Source of the DNA: Felis catus
Taxonomy: Eukaryota
DNA length: 64,000 bases
Direction of reading: 5' to 3'
Assembly: GCF_018350175.1 (NCBI RefSeq)
Contig: NC_058368.1
Location: forward strand, 117,492,001 to 117,556,000
A program made the translations under genes and the position numbers. Of the stretch, positions 13,140 to 25,729 are shown one piece after another (the stretch's first letter is position 1; every line of letters starts with the position of its first letter). The notes beneath the pieces are model-generated. The model ran no database searches. It was given only the letters and a program-made list of their open reading frames with translations, and was not told the DNA's origin.

Positions 13140-13425
13140 ATTTTCCCACCTCACTTCAGCCATCAGACCTTTCTGCTCCCCAAACACGACTGGCTTATTT
13201 CCACCTCAGGACCTTTGTAGCTGCTGTTCCCTTTGCCTGGAATGCTGTTGTGTAAGAAATGTTTCTCTTCGGTTACACGTGAGTGATTGGTTGATGAACC
13301 CCTGTCTAGCACATCAGACAATAAGCTCCAGGAAGGCAGCGACTATGTATTCTTTCTACTTATTACTGATCCCTAGAGCCCAACACAGTACCTGTTACAT
13401 AGTAGGGACTCGGTAAATATTTGTA
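13140..13425 (+). mobile_element. L2 LINE 3' end
   Basis: CCTCAGGACCTTTGTAGCTGCTGTTCCCTTTGCCTGGAATGCT...AAGCTCCAGGAAGGCAG...ACATAGTAGGGACTCGGTAAATATTTGT. Confidence 0.85.
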
Positions 13426-14109
13426 GAGAGAGACACCCTGGCAAAGCCTTAAAGGTAGGCAAGCAACCTGTATGCCAGGAAAAAGAGCACTGGACATAGA
13501 GTCTGAAGTTCTGGCCTCGAGCCCCTGCTCAGCCATTGCCAGTGCTGGCACGACTTTACCTTCTCCCTTCTGGGCCTCAGCTTTCCTGAGCACATTGAAC
13601 AAAGTGGCTCTGAGCCTCTGAGTGGTAGCCTCTTCTCCTGCAGCCTTGGAGCCAGAGTGAAGCAGAATGCACGCATGTCCCTGGGGAAACCCCCTATCAA
13701 TCTGCCTCCCCACAGGGGCCTGGAGGAGGGTGGTGGCAGAGACTTGGCCTGGCGCTTGTAAGAGGCAGCAAATGACTCAGCCCTGGGAAGGAGGCATCCA
13801 TCACCCTGGGCAGGCAGCAAGGAGAGAGAAGCAGGGGAGGGACAGCGTGGGAGTAAGGGAGTGAGGGAAGGGGGAGGCAGGGCTCTCGGCTGCTCTGCTC
13901 CCTCCACTTCTCAGGCCTGGGACCCATTAACAGACATGGGGAGCTCCAAGCACAGAGAGAGGGAAACCAGAGAAGGAAGGAGAAGGGGATGAGGCGTGGG
14001 GGGGGCGGGGGGAGTCAAATCCTATGAAAAGAATGCAGGATATAGAAAATGTGGCCCTGAACTACTTGTAAATCCTGAGACTCATTACAAAAATTCCTCC
14101 CCCAGATCC

Positions 14110-14400
14110 ACTTATCTGGCTTCTTCTCAGCTCAAATGTCATTTCAACAGAGAGGCCTTCCCAGAGCAGCCATCTGTCCCCCACCCTCCTTCACCTCCTT
14201 ATTGTCCTCAGAGCTCAATTACTCTTTGCAATCACTGTAATTATTTGTTTCTTGACTTATGGTCACCTCCCCACCTCCTCCTAGGATGTAAGCTCCCTGA
14301 GGGTAGCAGTCTCCCTATCTTGTTCACCGTTTTCCCGCTATGGCCTAGAACAGTGCCTGGCACAGAGCCACAAGTTATTACGTTCTGGGAACTGTTTTAG
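14110..14400 (+). mobile_element. L2 LINE 3' end
   Basis: CTCAGCTCAAATGTCATTTCAACAGAGAGGCCTTCCC...GGATGTAAGCTCCCTGAGGGTAG...CCTAGAACAGTGCCTGGCACAGAG. Confidence 0.85.
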
Positions 14401-14453
14401 ATGACTTACATACATTATTCCTTCATGTCCTGATCTTTGAAAGAGGCAACATA

Positions 14454-14674
14454 GAGGTGCCTGGGCGGCTCAGTTGGTTAAGCATCCAACTTTGGCTCAG
14501 GTCATGATCTCATGGTTTGTGAGTTCGAGCCCCACATCAGGCTTTGCACTGATAGCGTGGACCCTGCTTCAGATTCTCTGTCTCCCACTCTCTCTACCCC
14601 TCCCCTACTAGCGTGCCCATGTGCTCTCTCTCTCTCTCTCTCAAAAATAAATTTAAAAAAATTTTTTAATAAAA
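14454..14674 (+). mobile_element. Can-SINE inserted in a minus-strand MIR
   Basis: TSD AAAGAGGCAA(C/T)ATA at 14440-14453 and 14675-14688; MIR resumes TTTTCAGATGGAAACACTAAGG. Confidence 0.95.
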
Positions 14675-14959
14675 AAAGAGGCAATATAATTATTTTTCAG
14701 ATGGAAACACTAAGGACAGAGAGATAAGTGATTTGTTCAAAGCTCACACAGCTGGGAAGTGGGAGAGCTCCTATTTGGACCCAAGCCTATCTGACCCAAT
14801 GCTCAGAATATTTGGAATGTGAGAGCAAAGGGGCTGTTGGAAACACTGGGGGCAGTGGAGGGAGTATTGACCCAAATCTCCCAAGTAACTGATAAAGAAA
14901 CATTGGCCCCGAACAAGGAGGTCCCTCCTGAAGTTAGAGTTACTTAATTGAGGATTTCT

Positions 14960-15105
14960 AAAGGGAAGTCCTGCTTGACACAGCTGCTGTCCAACTTTGG
15001 GAATTTGTTACCCTCAAGGGGTCTTCTCAAGCTGAAAATAGAAAGGAGTTCAGAAAGGGTTGCATGGAATTAATGGATGATGGGTCCCCAGCAGTAATTA
15101 AAGGA
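14960..15105 (+). mobile_element. Ancient CR1-clade LINE 3' end (CR1_Mam / X_LINE-like)
   Basis: With one frameshift translates TQLLSNFGNLLPSRG / QAENRKEFRKGCMELMDDGS, matching the CR1 ORF2 C-terminus pattern TQRVVNLWNSLP...EAENIN.FKKGLDKFMDDRS. Confidence 0.7.
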
Positions 15106-16699
15106 AGCGAGAGATGCTGGGGTTCTGGCTTAGATGTTTGAGGTCAGCATCACTGCTGGAGACTGCCATGGTCTCTACCAAATGGGTCCTCGTACTCCAG
15201 CAGAGAGAGCAGCAGGCTGCGAAGCTCGGGGAAGGTACATGATCTCAACCTCCCAACCTACTCTGGCAGGATCTGGCTGCCCAGCCAATTCCTCCTCCTG
15301 CCTGCTTCTCTCCACCTTCCCCACCCCACATCCCCAGGCCCAGCTGGGCTGTTAGGGGCCGGGTGTTTTGGCTTGCTGACTCACTTACCTGTCCAAGATG
15401 GGCAATTTGCATATGTTCTGGTTTTCTGAGTGTTTTCTTTGTTATCCTTTTTTTTTTTTAAGAAAAAGCTATTTTTGCAAGGTCTTCATTACTTCCTAAT
15501 TATTCATACTCCTTCCATTTGTTTGCCTTGTTAAATACAAAATTCAACAAGCGGCTCACTTTCTCATTTGTTTCAGATTCTTAATGGATCTCATGTCCAC
15601 ACCCCTTTCTTCAGGTTAGCCTAGGGTGGGAGAGGCCCCCATGCCCTCTCTTCACTGAGCATTGGGCATCCCCAGCCTTTAATGCCTTTCACCCATCCTG
15701 CCCCCTACAGACCCCTGTGGGATCACCACGCTCATTAACCCACTGCCTGGACCTCCCCTCTCCCCTTCTCTCCTCTACCCAGAGTGTCTCCCTTCTCCCT
15801 TCTCTGCTCTTGCCCTCTTCCCTCTCCTATACCTTCTCCATTACTTCTCTCAGTCTGCCCACCTCCCATGGTTTCCTACTCTCAGCTCCACCCATTTCTT
15901 CCTTATGCCTCGTCCTTCCCCACTCCCATCTTTACCCTTCCCTCTCCATTCCTTCCCCTCTCCTTACCCTGCAATACCCTCATACCCTAGAGTTATTTGA
16001 ATCTCCAGGGCTTGCTTTCACTCCACCCTCCCACTCCCCCTTTCTAAAATATAAAATATTGGGGCATAAGCCAGGGCTACTGTGTTGCCGACTGCTCCTG
16101 TGGGTAGGTACTGCCCCTCTTGGCTCTCAGGTGATAATTCATTTCCCCCCAGCCCTGTACAGTCCTCCTTAAATTTACTTAATCCCTGAAAATCCACTTC
16201 CTTAAAGCCCAAAAACAATGGTTCATGGAGGGGTGGAGTGGGAAAAGGTCCCTAGGACTCCAAGTCCCTGGAGAAGTAGGGTCAGATCAGGTCCTTCTTT
16301 GAGCCACGTTGAGGTGTCAGGGCCGAGGCCAGCAATTCTCAACAGATCCTGCTCCCAGGCCTACTTTATGGAGGCCCTGGCAGGGACTGTGGACCCCTGT
16401 TAGCCCCCTCAGGTCCCCAGGCAGGGGGGTCTTGTGGCTACGAAGGAGCAGGTGGCTATGATGAGGCAGTTGATGGCTGGACCTGCACCCTCTCTTTGCA
16501 AACAGCAGCCCTGGGTCCTCTGGTGGCATCTGTTTTCTGCCTGCCTGGGCCTTTTCTTTTCTGGCCTCCGGCTGGGAACAAGGGTCTGAATGCTCACACA
16601 GACACCTTACATGGATGTACATATGGCCATGCCCACACAGCACAGGCACCCACCTCACACATCTCTACACACTGTACATTAGAGGGCATCTCACACCTG

Positions 16700-17103
16700 G
16701 GTGCCCCAGAGTCACCTAAAAAGCTTATTAGAGTGCTAGGCCACACATTGGGTTTCTGATTCAGGAGGTCTGAGGTGGGGCCTAGAATGTGCATTTCTTT
16801 TTTTTTTTTAATTTTTTTTTCAACGTTTTTATTTATTTTTGGGACAGAGAGAGACAGAGCATGAACAGGGGAGGGGCAGAGAGAGAGGGAGACACAGAAT
16901 CGGAAACAGGCTCCAGGCTCTGAGCCATCAGCCCAGAGCCTGACGTGGGGCTCGAACTCACAGACCGCGAGATCGTGACCTGGCTGAAGTTGGACGCTTA
17001 ACCGACTGCGCCACCCAGGCGCCCCTAGAATGTGCATTTCAAATGGATGCCAAGTGCTGCTGCTGCTGCTGCTGATCTGGGCACCACTCTTTGAGAACCA
17101 CTG
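16700..17103. mobile_element. MER5A-type hAT MITE interrupted by a SINE
   Basis: GTTTCTGATTCAGGAGGTCTGAGGTGGGGCCTAGAATGTGCATTTC...CACCACTCTTTGAGAACCACTG terminus. Confidence 0.8.
16798..17025 (-). mobile_element. Young felid SINEC_Fc-type SINE
   Basis: Near-consensus, CpG-rich body; perfect 15-bp TSD TAGAATGTGCATTTC at 16783-16797 and 17026-17040. Confidence 0.97.
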
Positions 17104-17764
17104 CACTAGAGATGGCCACCTGGGCACACACAGGAGGGTACACATTCATGCACAGAAGCGTTTGCAAAATAACAAGGCGAGGCAGCTGGGAATAACTGGA
17201 AGCTAGGAGCTGAGCTGGGGATCACTTGGCCCCAAAACGCTGATTCCTGGTATCATTCTCTCTCACTGTCTCTAGGCTCTTGCTCTCTCTCCATCAGTCT
17301 GCATTCCTGCGCAGCACCTCTTTCTCAGTCTCTCCCTCTCCCTGCAGCCTCCCAGTCCCAGCCAGGCCCTGCAGCCTCCAGGTGGCTTCCCAGCAACTCT
17401 GCACACATGAGCTCATCCATCTCCATCACCCTACGAGTGAGTGGCAGGCAGGTGAGAGAAGATTACAGAAGAAAGGGCTCAGCTCCCCACTAACAGGGAG
17501 CTTGCTCACCACGAGAACACAGCCAATTATTCCCCCTGTTCTGGGGAATAATCATTAATGCCACAGGAAATTCTAAACAAGCGATTAAATCATTACTGGG
17601 AAGACACAGCGGGACTGTGCCACCACTAAGCCTCCCTGGTACTGTTGGTCTGGGGAAGACTTACCTGGAAGGTGGGGAAGATCCCCACTCTGAGCTGCAC
17701 ACCCAGCTACTGTCTCCCAAACTCCTCTGACCCCCAACGATGGAGGCTCTCTTCTGGTAGGCCA

Positions 17765-18010
17765 ATTAATCTATTCATTTATTGACAAATATTTACTGAG
17801 CACCTACTATGTGCCAGGCAGTATTCTAGGGCCTGGAGAGATACTGGTAAAACAGATGAGGTCCCTGTCCTCATGGAGCTCACGTCTAGTAGGGAAGGCA
17901 CACCATTAAAAAATGAGTAAGATACTAAGACAATAATCACAAAGTGGCAAGCGTTGAGGAGGAAAGAGACAGGATAGTGGGTGCTTTGAGTGGAGCATGT
18001 ACTTGGAGGA
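17765..18010 (-). mobile_element. L2 LINE 3' end
   Basis: ATTCATTTATTGACAAATATTTACTGAGCACCTACTATGTGCCAGGCAGTATTCTAGG...GTCCCTGTCCTCATGGAGCTCAC. Confidence 0.9.
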
Positions 18011-18174
18011 CCTTGGAGGCCACCCACACTGTAACAGACAGGCCTCCCTTGGATTGGTCAGCAATCTGTGTCCATTCTGGGCCTGAAGATTATGTTTTGT
18101 ACAAACGTGTGCAACATCTGAGCAACCCTCTTCCTACCCTGAGTCCCCAACATGCTATCTTTGGAAAGATAATG

Positions 18175-18415
18175 AGTATCTAGAACAGCTACTGTGTTTT
18201 AGCACTTACTATGTGCCAGGCATTGCACTAAGCAATTTATGGCCATTACATCATTTCATCTGCAGAGCAATAATAACGTTATGAAGTAGGTGTTTTTAAT
18301 CCCCATTTTACAGATAAGGAAATGGAGACCAGGAACGCTTGAGCCACTTGGCCAAGACATACCGGAGATAACTGGGAGGTTGAACTGAGGTCTGAGTCCT
18401 GAGCGGAGGCATTTA
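18175..18415 (-). mobile_element. MIR
   Basis: AGCACTTACTATGTGCCAGGCATTGCACTAAGC...ATCCCCATTTTACAGATAAGGAAATGGAG. Confidence 0.9.
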
Positions 18416-19136
18416 ACCCCCGCCGCATCCCACCTCCCAGGGGAAACATGAGAGGTCAGTGTGGGCTTTACACAATCGATTTTAGGGCTAGAAGACCTCG
18501 AAGCCTGGGGTCCCTGTGGACACGGGGCTATACTGGGCTGGCTACTGGTTACTAAAATATAACAAGAAAGGGCTTACCTTCCTCCACATCTCCAAAACGC
18601 AGTGCAAAGTGGGGAAGCAGTGATGGCCGGCTGCATGATCTCCCTAGCTCAGGGACTTTGGGAGAGTCCCTTTGGCTTCCATGGAGAGACCATGGCCCCT
18701 ACCTCCCCAGCTGCCCCCAGACCCCTGCAGCCTTGGGAGGGCCCCTCCAACTGTTCCTTCATGCCTGCCATCTCCTGCACCTGTGGCCAGGCCACACCCC
18801 CAAGGGGTGGTGGGGCAACCAGAGGGAGACGGACCAGAGCCTGTGTCTGTGGTGACTAATCGGCTGGTGCTTGGGAGGCCGTGGTGAATTATTCACACAG
18901 ATTCTGTGAATTATTCAAGTTGTTATTATTTATTTTTCAGATGAGCCTGCGGCAGAGCCTCCAGGCCCATGTTCAAAGGATGACATAACTCCCGACTCTT
19001 GATTGTCTGTGTCTGTAGAGAATGAGTCAGGCTTCTCTCCAGCCTCAGCCAGGAGTCCCAAAGAGCAGGCTGAGGGCAGGGAGCTGCTGCCTTCGGGGCA
19101 GACTCCTGCCGAGCCCCAATCCTAACCCCAATTATA

Positions 19137-19350
19137 GAATTAATAGTTACCACTTACTGGGTCTCACTGTGCCCTGGCACTGTTCTTTCCACGTGCAGGC
19201 TTAAATGAACAGCACAACCACCCTATGAAGACTATTATAACCCCATTTTAAAGATGATGGAACTGAAGGTCAGAGATGTGATGTTCCTTGTCCAAGGTCA
19301 CCAGTTAATAATTGGGATTCTAGCTCAGGGTTGTGGGCTCCAAATCCAGT
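19137..19350 (-). mobile_element. MIR
   Basis: CACAACCACCCTATGAAG...CCCCATTTTAAAGATGATGGAACTGAAGGTCAGAGA...TCCAAGGTCAC. Confidence 0.85.
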
Positions 19351-21297
19351 GGCTGCCACGTTGCATATGCCAGTGGGTATTAGTGCCTGACCCGTCCTAA
19401 CCAAACTGCTTTGCTGCCCTAATTGCACCCCTACCCCCACCCCAGGCTTCAAACCACTCTGAGGGCAGGCCACGCCCAGTGCCTCCAAAGCTCTCAAAGG
19501 ACACTTCTGCATCTCCATAGCAACAGGATCCTGAGCAGCCAGAGTCAAGTTTGGTCTACCTGTGAGGAACGGAGGTGGCCTTTGCCTGCAGAGCTCCCCA
19601 GGTGTCCCAGGATCTGAGCAAATGTGACTCAGGGTCTCCTGGACACTCCCAGTTTCACTAAGCCCTTCCTCCAACCCCAGACACAAAGCACCCGCCCCCT
19701 TCACAGAGCTCTGACAGCAGAAGTCATCCAGCCTCCCTGCCTCCTTCAACTAACTCTCCTGCTGCCTAACCTCATCCCTCTAGCTGTGGCCCCAGGCCTT
19801 GTCCCTGAGGAATCCCCCTTCCCCTCCTCCCATAGCTGCCATCTGGAGGAGGCAAACGAGGCAGAGTAGACACATGGACTCAGCCCTGGGGACATTTTGA
19901 ATGCTTCTTGTCAAGGTGACCATAGTCTGACACAGATACCATCCTGTCCTGGAAAGGCACCTTTGTCTTCCTACCACCCCATTCGTTCATTCATTCGATA
20001 AATACTTACTGAATGCCCACTATGTGCCAAGGCTGGTTCCAGGTGCTAAGGAAGTGGCCAAGAGCAGTGAGGCCTCCCCGCCAGAGAAGGTGCTCTCCAA
20101 GTTTAGCCTGGGCCCCTCTCCCAGGACCTGTCTCTCCTGACGTGAAGGAAGCAAAACCACAGGCAAAGTGGATTGCAGCATGACTCTACTAGCCCCTGAC
20201 TCTCTGGGTGACCTTGAGCCAGCAGCTCCCCAGCTCTGCCTTTTTAAAATAAGGGAGCGGGACCAGAATCTGCTTTCTAAGGCCTTGCCAGCCCCTCTTT
20301 TGTCAGGTGTCAGTAATTCAGTAACAAAGACAACATTATCATTTCCATCCTACAGCTGTGAGAGTCAGAGCTTTGCACGTGCCTCATCTCAGGTGGACTT
20401 AATGGCTGTCCCTTGCTTCCCGGCTCTGTGCATTTGAAAGGGGAGTCTTGGGATGGCTCTGCGGCTAATGGTGTATTTCACTTGCCAGAGAGCCTTGGGA
20501 GCTGGGGAGGAAAGGAATCAAACAGTTGCAGAATGGCTCTGCTTCCCTTGCAAATCTTTCTTATTAATCTTTGTGGAGGTGGATATGATTATTCCCATTT
20601 TACAGACAAGCTAACTGGGACTCAGTCCACACAGCGGTAAGTAGCAGGGATGGGTTGTGAACTTGGGTCTACTCGGGACAATGCTCTTTCTACCACACCA
20701 GGCCAGTTCTCCAACCTCAGCTGGGCCCTGGAGACAGAATGTGGCTTCCTCTTCCAAAGCCTGTGTGGGAGCTGGGGAAGAACCAGCTGAAACTACCTCT
20801 TGGGGGTTGGGTGTTGCTGATTTCTACCTTCTCCACTAACAGAGAGGAAAACCTTGGGCTGGCTATGCTGAGTCATCCAGAGACCAGGAAATCCAGGTTT
20901 ATATTTACCCCAAGGCAGCCACAAAGCTCAACAGGTTTGTGGCTGTACTTCCCCAGTTAGGGACTGCTTTATCTCAAAGCACCGGGACTCATTCCCTGAC
21001 TGGGCAGGCAGGTGAGAAGGGACCATGTTCCTGGGGGCCATCCTGTGTCCTTGGGCACCCACACCTGTAGCCTAGTGGATACTGCTCCCCGCTTCAGCCA
21101 TCCTAGACCTTTATATATGGGTCCCCGGAACACCAGCATCTGCATTCAAGGCTTGTTAATATTGCCAGCCTGCACATTCCCACAGACCTCCAGAATCTGG
21201 TGGGGAAAGGGGTCCCCCTATCCGGGGGAGTGTGTGTAGCACAGGTTCTTTCCAAGCTTTCCCCTCTGGTTCAGAACTGCTGGGCTCACCCTCAATG

Positions 21298-21480
21298 CCT
21301 GGGCTCTGGAATAAACCTGAATGTGAATCCTGGGGCTGACACTTAGCAGTCAGGCAGCCATGCGCCCTGTACGTCATCTCTTGGACCTCCATCTTCCCAT
21401 TTGCAAACCAGGGGTGATACCTATACCCACCTCATGGGGTTGTTGTGGGGATTACAGGAGATGATATCGATAAAATGCTC
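21298..21480 (+). mobile_element. MIR
   Basis: GGGCTCTGGAATAAACCTGAATGTGAATCCTGG...ACCCACCTCATGGGGTTGTTGTGGGGATTA. Confidence 0.8.
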
Positions 21481-23059
21481 AGGAAAGGCCACTTGGGATG
21501 GATGTTGCACCTTCCTTTTCCCTCCCTTCTGAGCTGAAACTGGGCCTGGGGCTGTAGCTCTGGGAGGGCTCAACTTGTCCAGCAGGTTCTGGGGCCCTCA
21601 TAGCTGCAGTATTATCACGTGTCCCTATTGGCCCCTCAAGGCTCCATTAGGAAGACAGCTTTGCAGACCTTTGTCTTGGACAGGGTGGGGTAGTGGGCCC
21701 CTGCTGGAGCCCCTGAGGTCAGACTCGGGGGTCAGATAGAGCTGCTTTGTGGTCTCAGTGGCAGAAGATTGGAGATGGTGACCTGAGGTCTAGGAGTGAC
21801 TGCTGTCCATCCTAGATAGCTATCACTTAAGGAGAACCTGCTTCTAGGCAGTTCACGTCCCCTATTGCACCTCATCGATCCCTGGCTGAGGTTAAGTACT
21901 GCTATTAATTCTGTTTACTGATAACAGACCCCTGGCTTAGTCTTTCGCCTAAACTCCTGGAGCTGGGAAGCACAGGAGCTGGGATTTGAACCCAGGTTTG
22001 CATGATTCCAAAGGTTCTTTATGCCCGGAGTGTGATAGCACCTCCCTACATCGTGCTGATTTACTGAACACCTGGTAAGGGCCAGGTTCTGAGCTAAGCA
22101 CCCTACATGCTTTTCCCCACTTAACTTTCCCAATAGCCCTCTGAGATAGTGTGTTATTATTATTATCTTATGAGGAAGGAAACTGCCACTCAGAAAGAAT
22201 GAGGATCTCAGTTACTCAGCTTGGCTCTTTCACTGTGAGATCCAGGGTCCTGGGGAAATACCCTTCCACACTTAATCTTTCATGATTGTGCTTCACCTCC
22301 AAGGTCCCCTCTGCCTCACTACCCACCCGTGTCTCTACTCTTCCTTCTATTTAGGGGTCTCCTTACCCAGGCTGTGTCTTCATCCTAGCCCCGCTGACCC
22401 TGAGCCAAGAGTGTTGAGGTGTGCCCCCCACCTCCACCTCTGAACAACCTACTGCCCCTCCCACCGCCTCTAGGTCTGCTGGGAATTGGCCCCTAATTGC
22501 ATCTCAGGCTGGGAGGCTATTAGCCTGTGATTGCTTCCCCAGAGCCTGCCTTGCCCCCTAGGTACACACTTTCAGCTTCCCTTGGGGTTTAAGATGACGT
22601 AAATCACCAGTGCGAGGTCCTGGCCAGCTTAGCTCCCCAAAATCCCTGTCACCCAGCCATCCTGAGTAGGCCCCTTCCCAGGGAGCTAGGTCCCTTCACT
22701 GTGGGGCAGCAGGAAGGGGTTCCCCACAAGTCAAGCGTGCACACACACACACCCTGTAAGTGCTGCTGCTGGGAGATCCTCCTACTGATCCCCTGCACAC
22801 TGCTGCTCCCCTCCCTCCCTGTAGCACACTGTAGGAGGCCAAGCGCTCAGCAGTTAGGATGCCTGAGCTCTTTTCCTGGCTCACACACTCCCTCTCTGTA
22901 ACCTTGGGCAAGTTCTTTCCACTGTCTGGGCCTCAAAAATTGGAGGTTCATCTTGGTGATCTCTAACTAGCTTAACTGACTTCTAGCCTGAAAGATAATA
23001 CCATTTTGATAACTCTTGGAGTTTTCCTTCCACTATTATCTAACGAATGGTAGGCATGG

Positions 23060-23520
23060 TGCCAGGCATTGAGGATTCTAGAAAGGCAAATTCTTGCCTT
23101 CACAAAGTTCTCAGCCTTGAGAGGGATAGGGCCAGATAGTTCTACAACATAGAGTGATTAGAGCTGGGAGGGGGCTGGGGAAACCACAGGCTATGGAGGG
23201 AATGGGAGAGGCCAGGGTTGCCCTGAAGTACCCAAAGGCAGAATCATTTCTAGCTTGGAGAGGCAGTCTGAGAAAAACTGGCTTCAGGGTTTCTGAGACC
23301 TAAAGAATGAGGAAGGAGGGTAAGATGTGGGGCTAGATCAGCAGAGGGAACAACGGTGGGAACAAACATGGAGGCTTTGCGGGGAGACGTGTCAATGTAG
23401 AGACCAGAAGGGTGGACAGAGGTCCTATCAGTTATGTTTGAGAGTTTGGACTTTACTCTGAGGACACTGAGGAGCTGTAGAAAGATTTGAGGCAAGAGGA
23501 TGATGTGGCTGCCATATGGA
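23060..23520 (-). mobile_element. L2 LINE fragment
   Basis: GTGCCAGGCATTGAGGAT...GAGACCTAAAGAATGAGGAAGGAG...GAGTTTGGACTTTACTCTGAGGACACTGAGGAGCTGTAGAAAGATTTGAGGCA. Confidence 0.75.
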
Positions 23521-24676
23521 GGAAAGATTGGGGGCCAGGGGGGAGGGCAGGAGACCTTCCAGAAGACTCGTAACCATGTGTCTTACCTCTCCTCCAAGTG
23601 GGAACAACCTCTCCTGTCCCCAGCAGCAAGGGAGGCAAGACTTTCCTCCTTCCTCAACTTTTCCCCCCACACTCTCCATCTCCCTCAGGGGGAAGATCGG
23701 AGGTTGGGGAGGCACCCAGAGCCACATGCCCTAGGAAGGAACGAGAAGGGAAGGTGTCTGGTGGTTTGATGACCAGCTGAAGCCCCCGGAGGGAGAGCTC
23801 TCTGTCACTTTCAGAGCAGCAACACTCCTGCTCTCTCACCTAGGGTTAATCTCTGCCTGTGCCAGGGACACTAGAGCTGGGAGTATCTTTTCTTCCCCCT
23901 CCAGTCCCTCTTTTCCCTCCCCCTCCTGTGCCACCTCCTCTTCTGGACTCTCAAGGTCCCTGCCTCTGGTTCCCCAGGGCTCCTCCTGGAGCCTGAAACA
24001 GTGTGCGTGTGCGTGTGTGTGTGTGCGCGCGCACAGGCTAGAGGATGTGGTGTATATTTGTGAAGCACAAGAGAGGTGCCATTAGCCCTGCCATGGGGCC
24101 ACCATCCGGAAGTAAGCCTAAGGGCCACTCAGGTCTCGAAAGGGATTTCAGGACGATTCAGAGATTAGAGAATTAAACTTCCAGCTGCAGCCTCTGTTGA
24201 ACCTGGAATCCTTGTGGCCCCATAAGGGTCCTGTGTAAAGTTGCGTAAAGCACGTAGCTGGGCCAGGCCAGGGTGACATGGGACTCTTGGGCTACTGCTC
24301 TGAGTCCTGTCTCCAGAAACCCAAGGCTTCCTCAGGCAGCTTCCTAGATAGGGACGTGGACCACTTAAATCCCCCACCCAGGCCCAGACATGCAGGGTGC
24401 CATCTCCCCTGGGTCCTTGTGCTTCTCCCAGCACCCCCCTCCCCCACAGGCAGGGTATTCAAGCCCACCCATCATCTCCAACACCCTGTCAGAGCCTGCC
24501 ATGCCTGGGACTGCCTCTGTAATACACATTTCCACTTTTCTCTGTCTCCACAGCCTTCACCAGCCCAGACCTCATCCATATTCTCACTCATCTCCCTGTG
24601 TCCACCCTTGCCCTGCACCTATCTGATCCCCACAGTGCAGCCAGATACACGTTTCTCTAAGAAAACTCAGGCCACT

Positions 24677-25122
24677 GGGGTGCCTGGATGGCTCAGTCAG
24701 TGAAGCGTCTGACCCTTGATTTCGGCTCAGGTCATGAACTCAAGGTTTGTGAGTTCAAGCCCCTCCTCAGGCTCTGCACTGACAGTGTGGGGCCTGCTTG
24801 GGATTCTTCATCGGGATCTCTCTCTTTCTCCCTCTCTCTCCCTTTCTCTCAAAAATAAATAAACCAACATGTAAAACAAAAGAAAAGAGGGGCGCCTGGG
24901 TGGCTCAGTCGGTTGAGCGTCCGACTCCGGCTCAGGTCATGATCTCACAGTCCATGAGTTCGAGCCCCGCGTCAAGCTCTGTGCTGACAGCTCAGAGCCT
25001 GGAGCCTGTTTCAGATTCTGTGTCTCCCTCTCTCTCTGACCCTCCCCCATTCATGCTGTCTCTCCCTGTCTCAAAAATAAGTAAACATTAAAAAAAATTA
25101 AAAAAAAAAAAGAAAGAAAGAA
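24677..25122 (+). mobile_element. Can-SINE dimer (older copy 24677-24888; younger copy from 24889 inserted in its A tail)
   Basis: Two heads; outer TSD AAGAAAACTC(A/C)GG(C/T)CACT at 24659-24676 and 25123-25140. Confidence 0.95.
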
Positions 25123-25729
25123 AAGAAAACTCCGGTCACTACTCTCCTCAGTGCCCTTTAGTGAATCCATGTTACCCATAGGATAAAAGCCAAACACTTT
25201 GTCATAGCTCACAAGGCAGGGTTTACCACACTGGCGTCTGCTCTTGACTGTCCCTCAGCACCACCACAGAAGGGGAGCTCAGCTGGGAACTCTCACCTCC
25301 ATCCAGGCCTTTGCGCCTACAGTTTCCACCATCAGTCCCTCCCACTCACCATCTCCAGGCAAATCCATCCTCATTCCTCAGCTCTCAACGTGGGTCAGGT
25401 CCTGCCAGAGCCTCTGATCGCCACACAGTCACCCCCTTTGGGTTCCCATAGGCCCTGGAACTTTGCCTGTCACAATTCTGACCACACTGTACTGGAAGGG
25501 CCTGTTTAATGTACTCATCACCCACACTTTGCTGTATCAATCAATAAGCACTCCTCGTATTCCAAATGGATGAAGGAAGGAGCAAGGTGAGAGAAAGAAT
25601 GGAGGGTACCACAATGCAGGGTTCAAGTGCAAAGACACTATAACCACTAATATGCTTATAATAGTTACAGCTGTTATTTACCATGTGCCCACTCCATTCC
25701 AGGCACTGTGCTAATAAACATTATCTTCT

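Noticed and set aside
15383..17667. Two perfect minus-strand donors CAG|GTAAGT (at 15389 and 17665)
   Set aside because: No convincing paired acceptors or reading frames; this number is compatible with chance in 64 kb.
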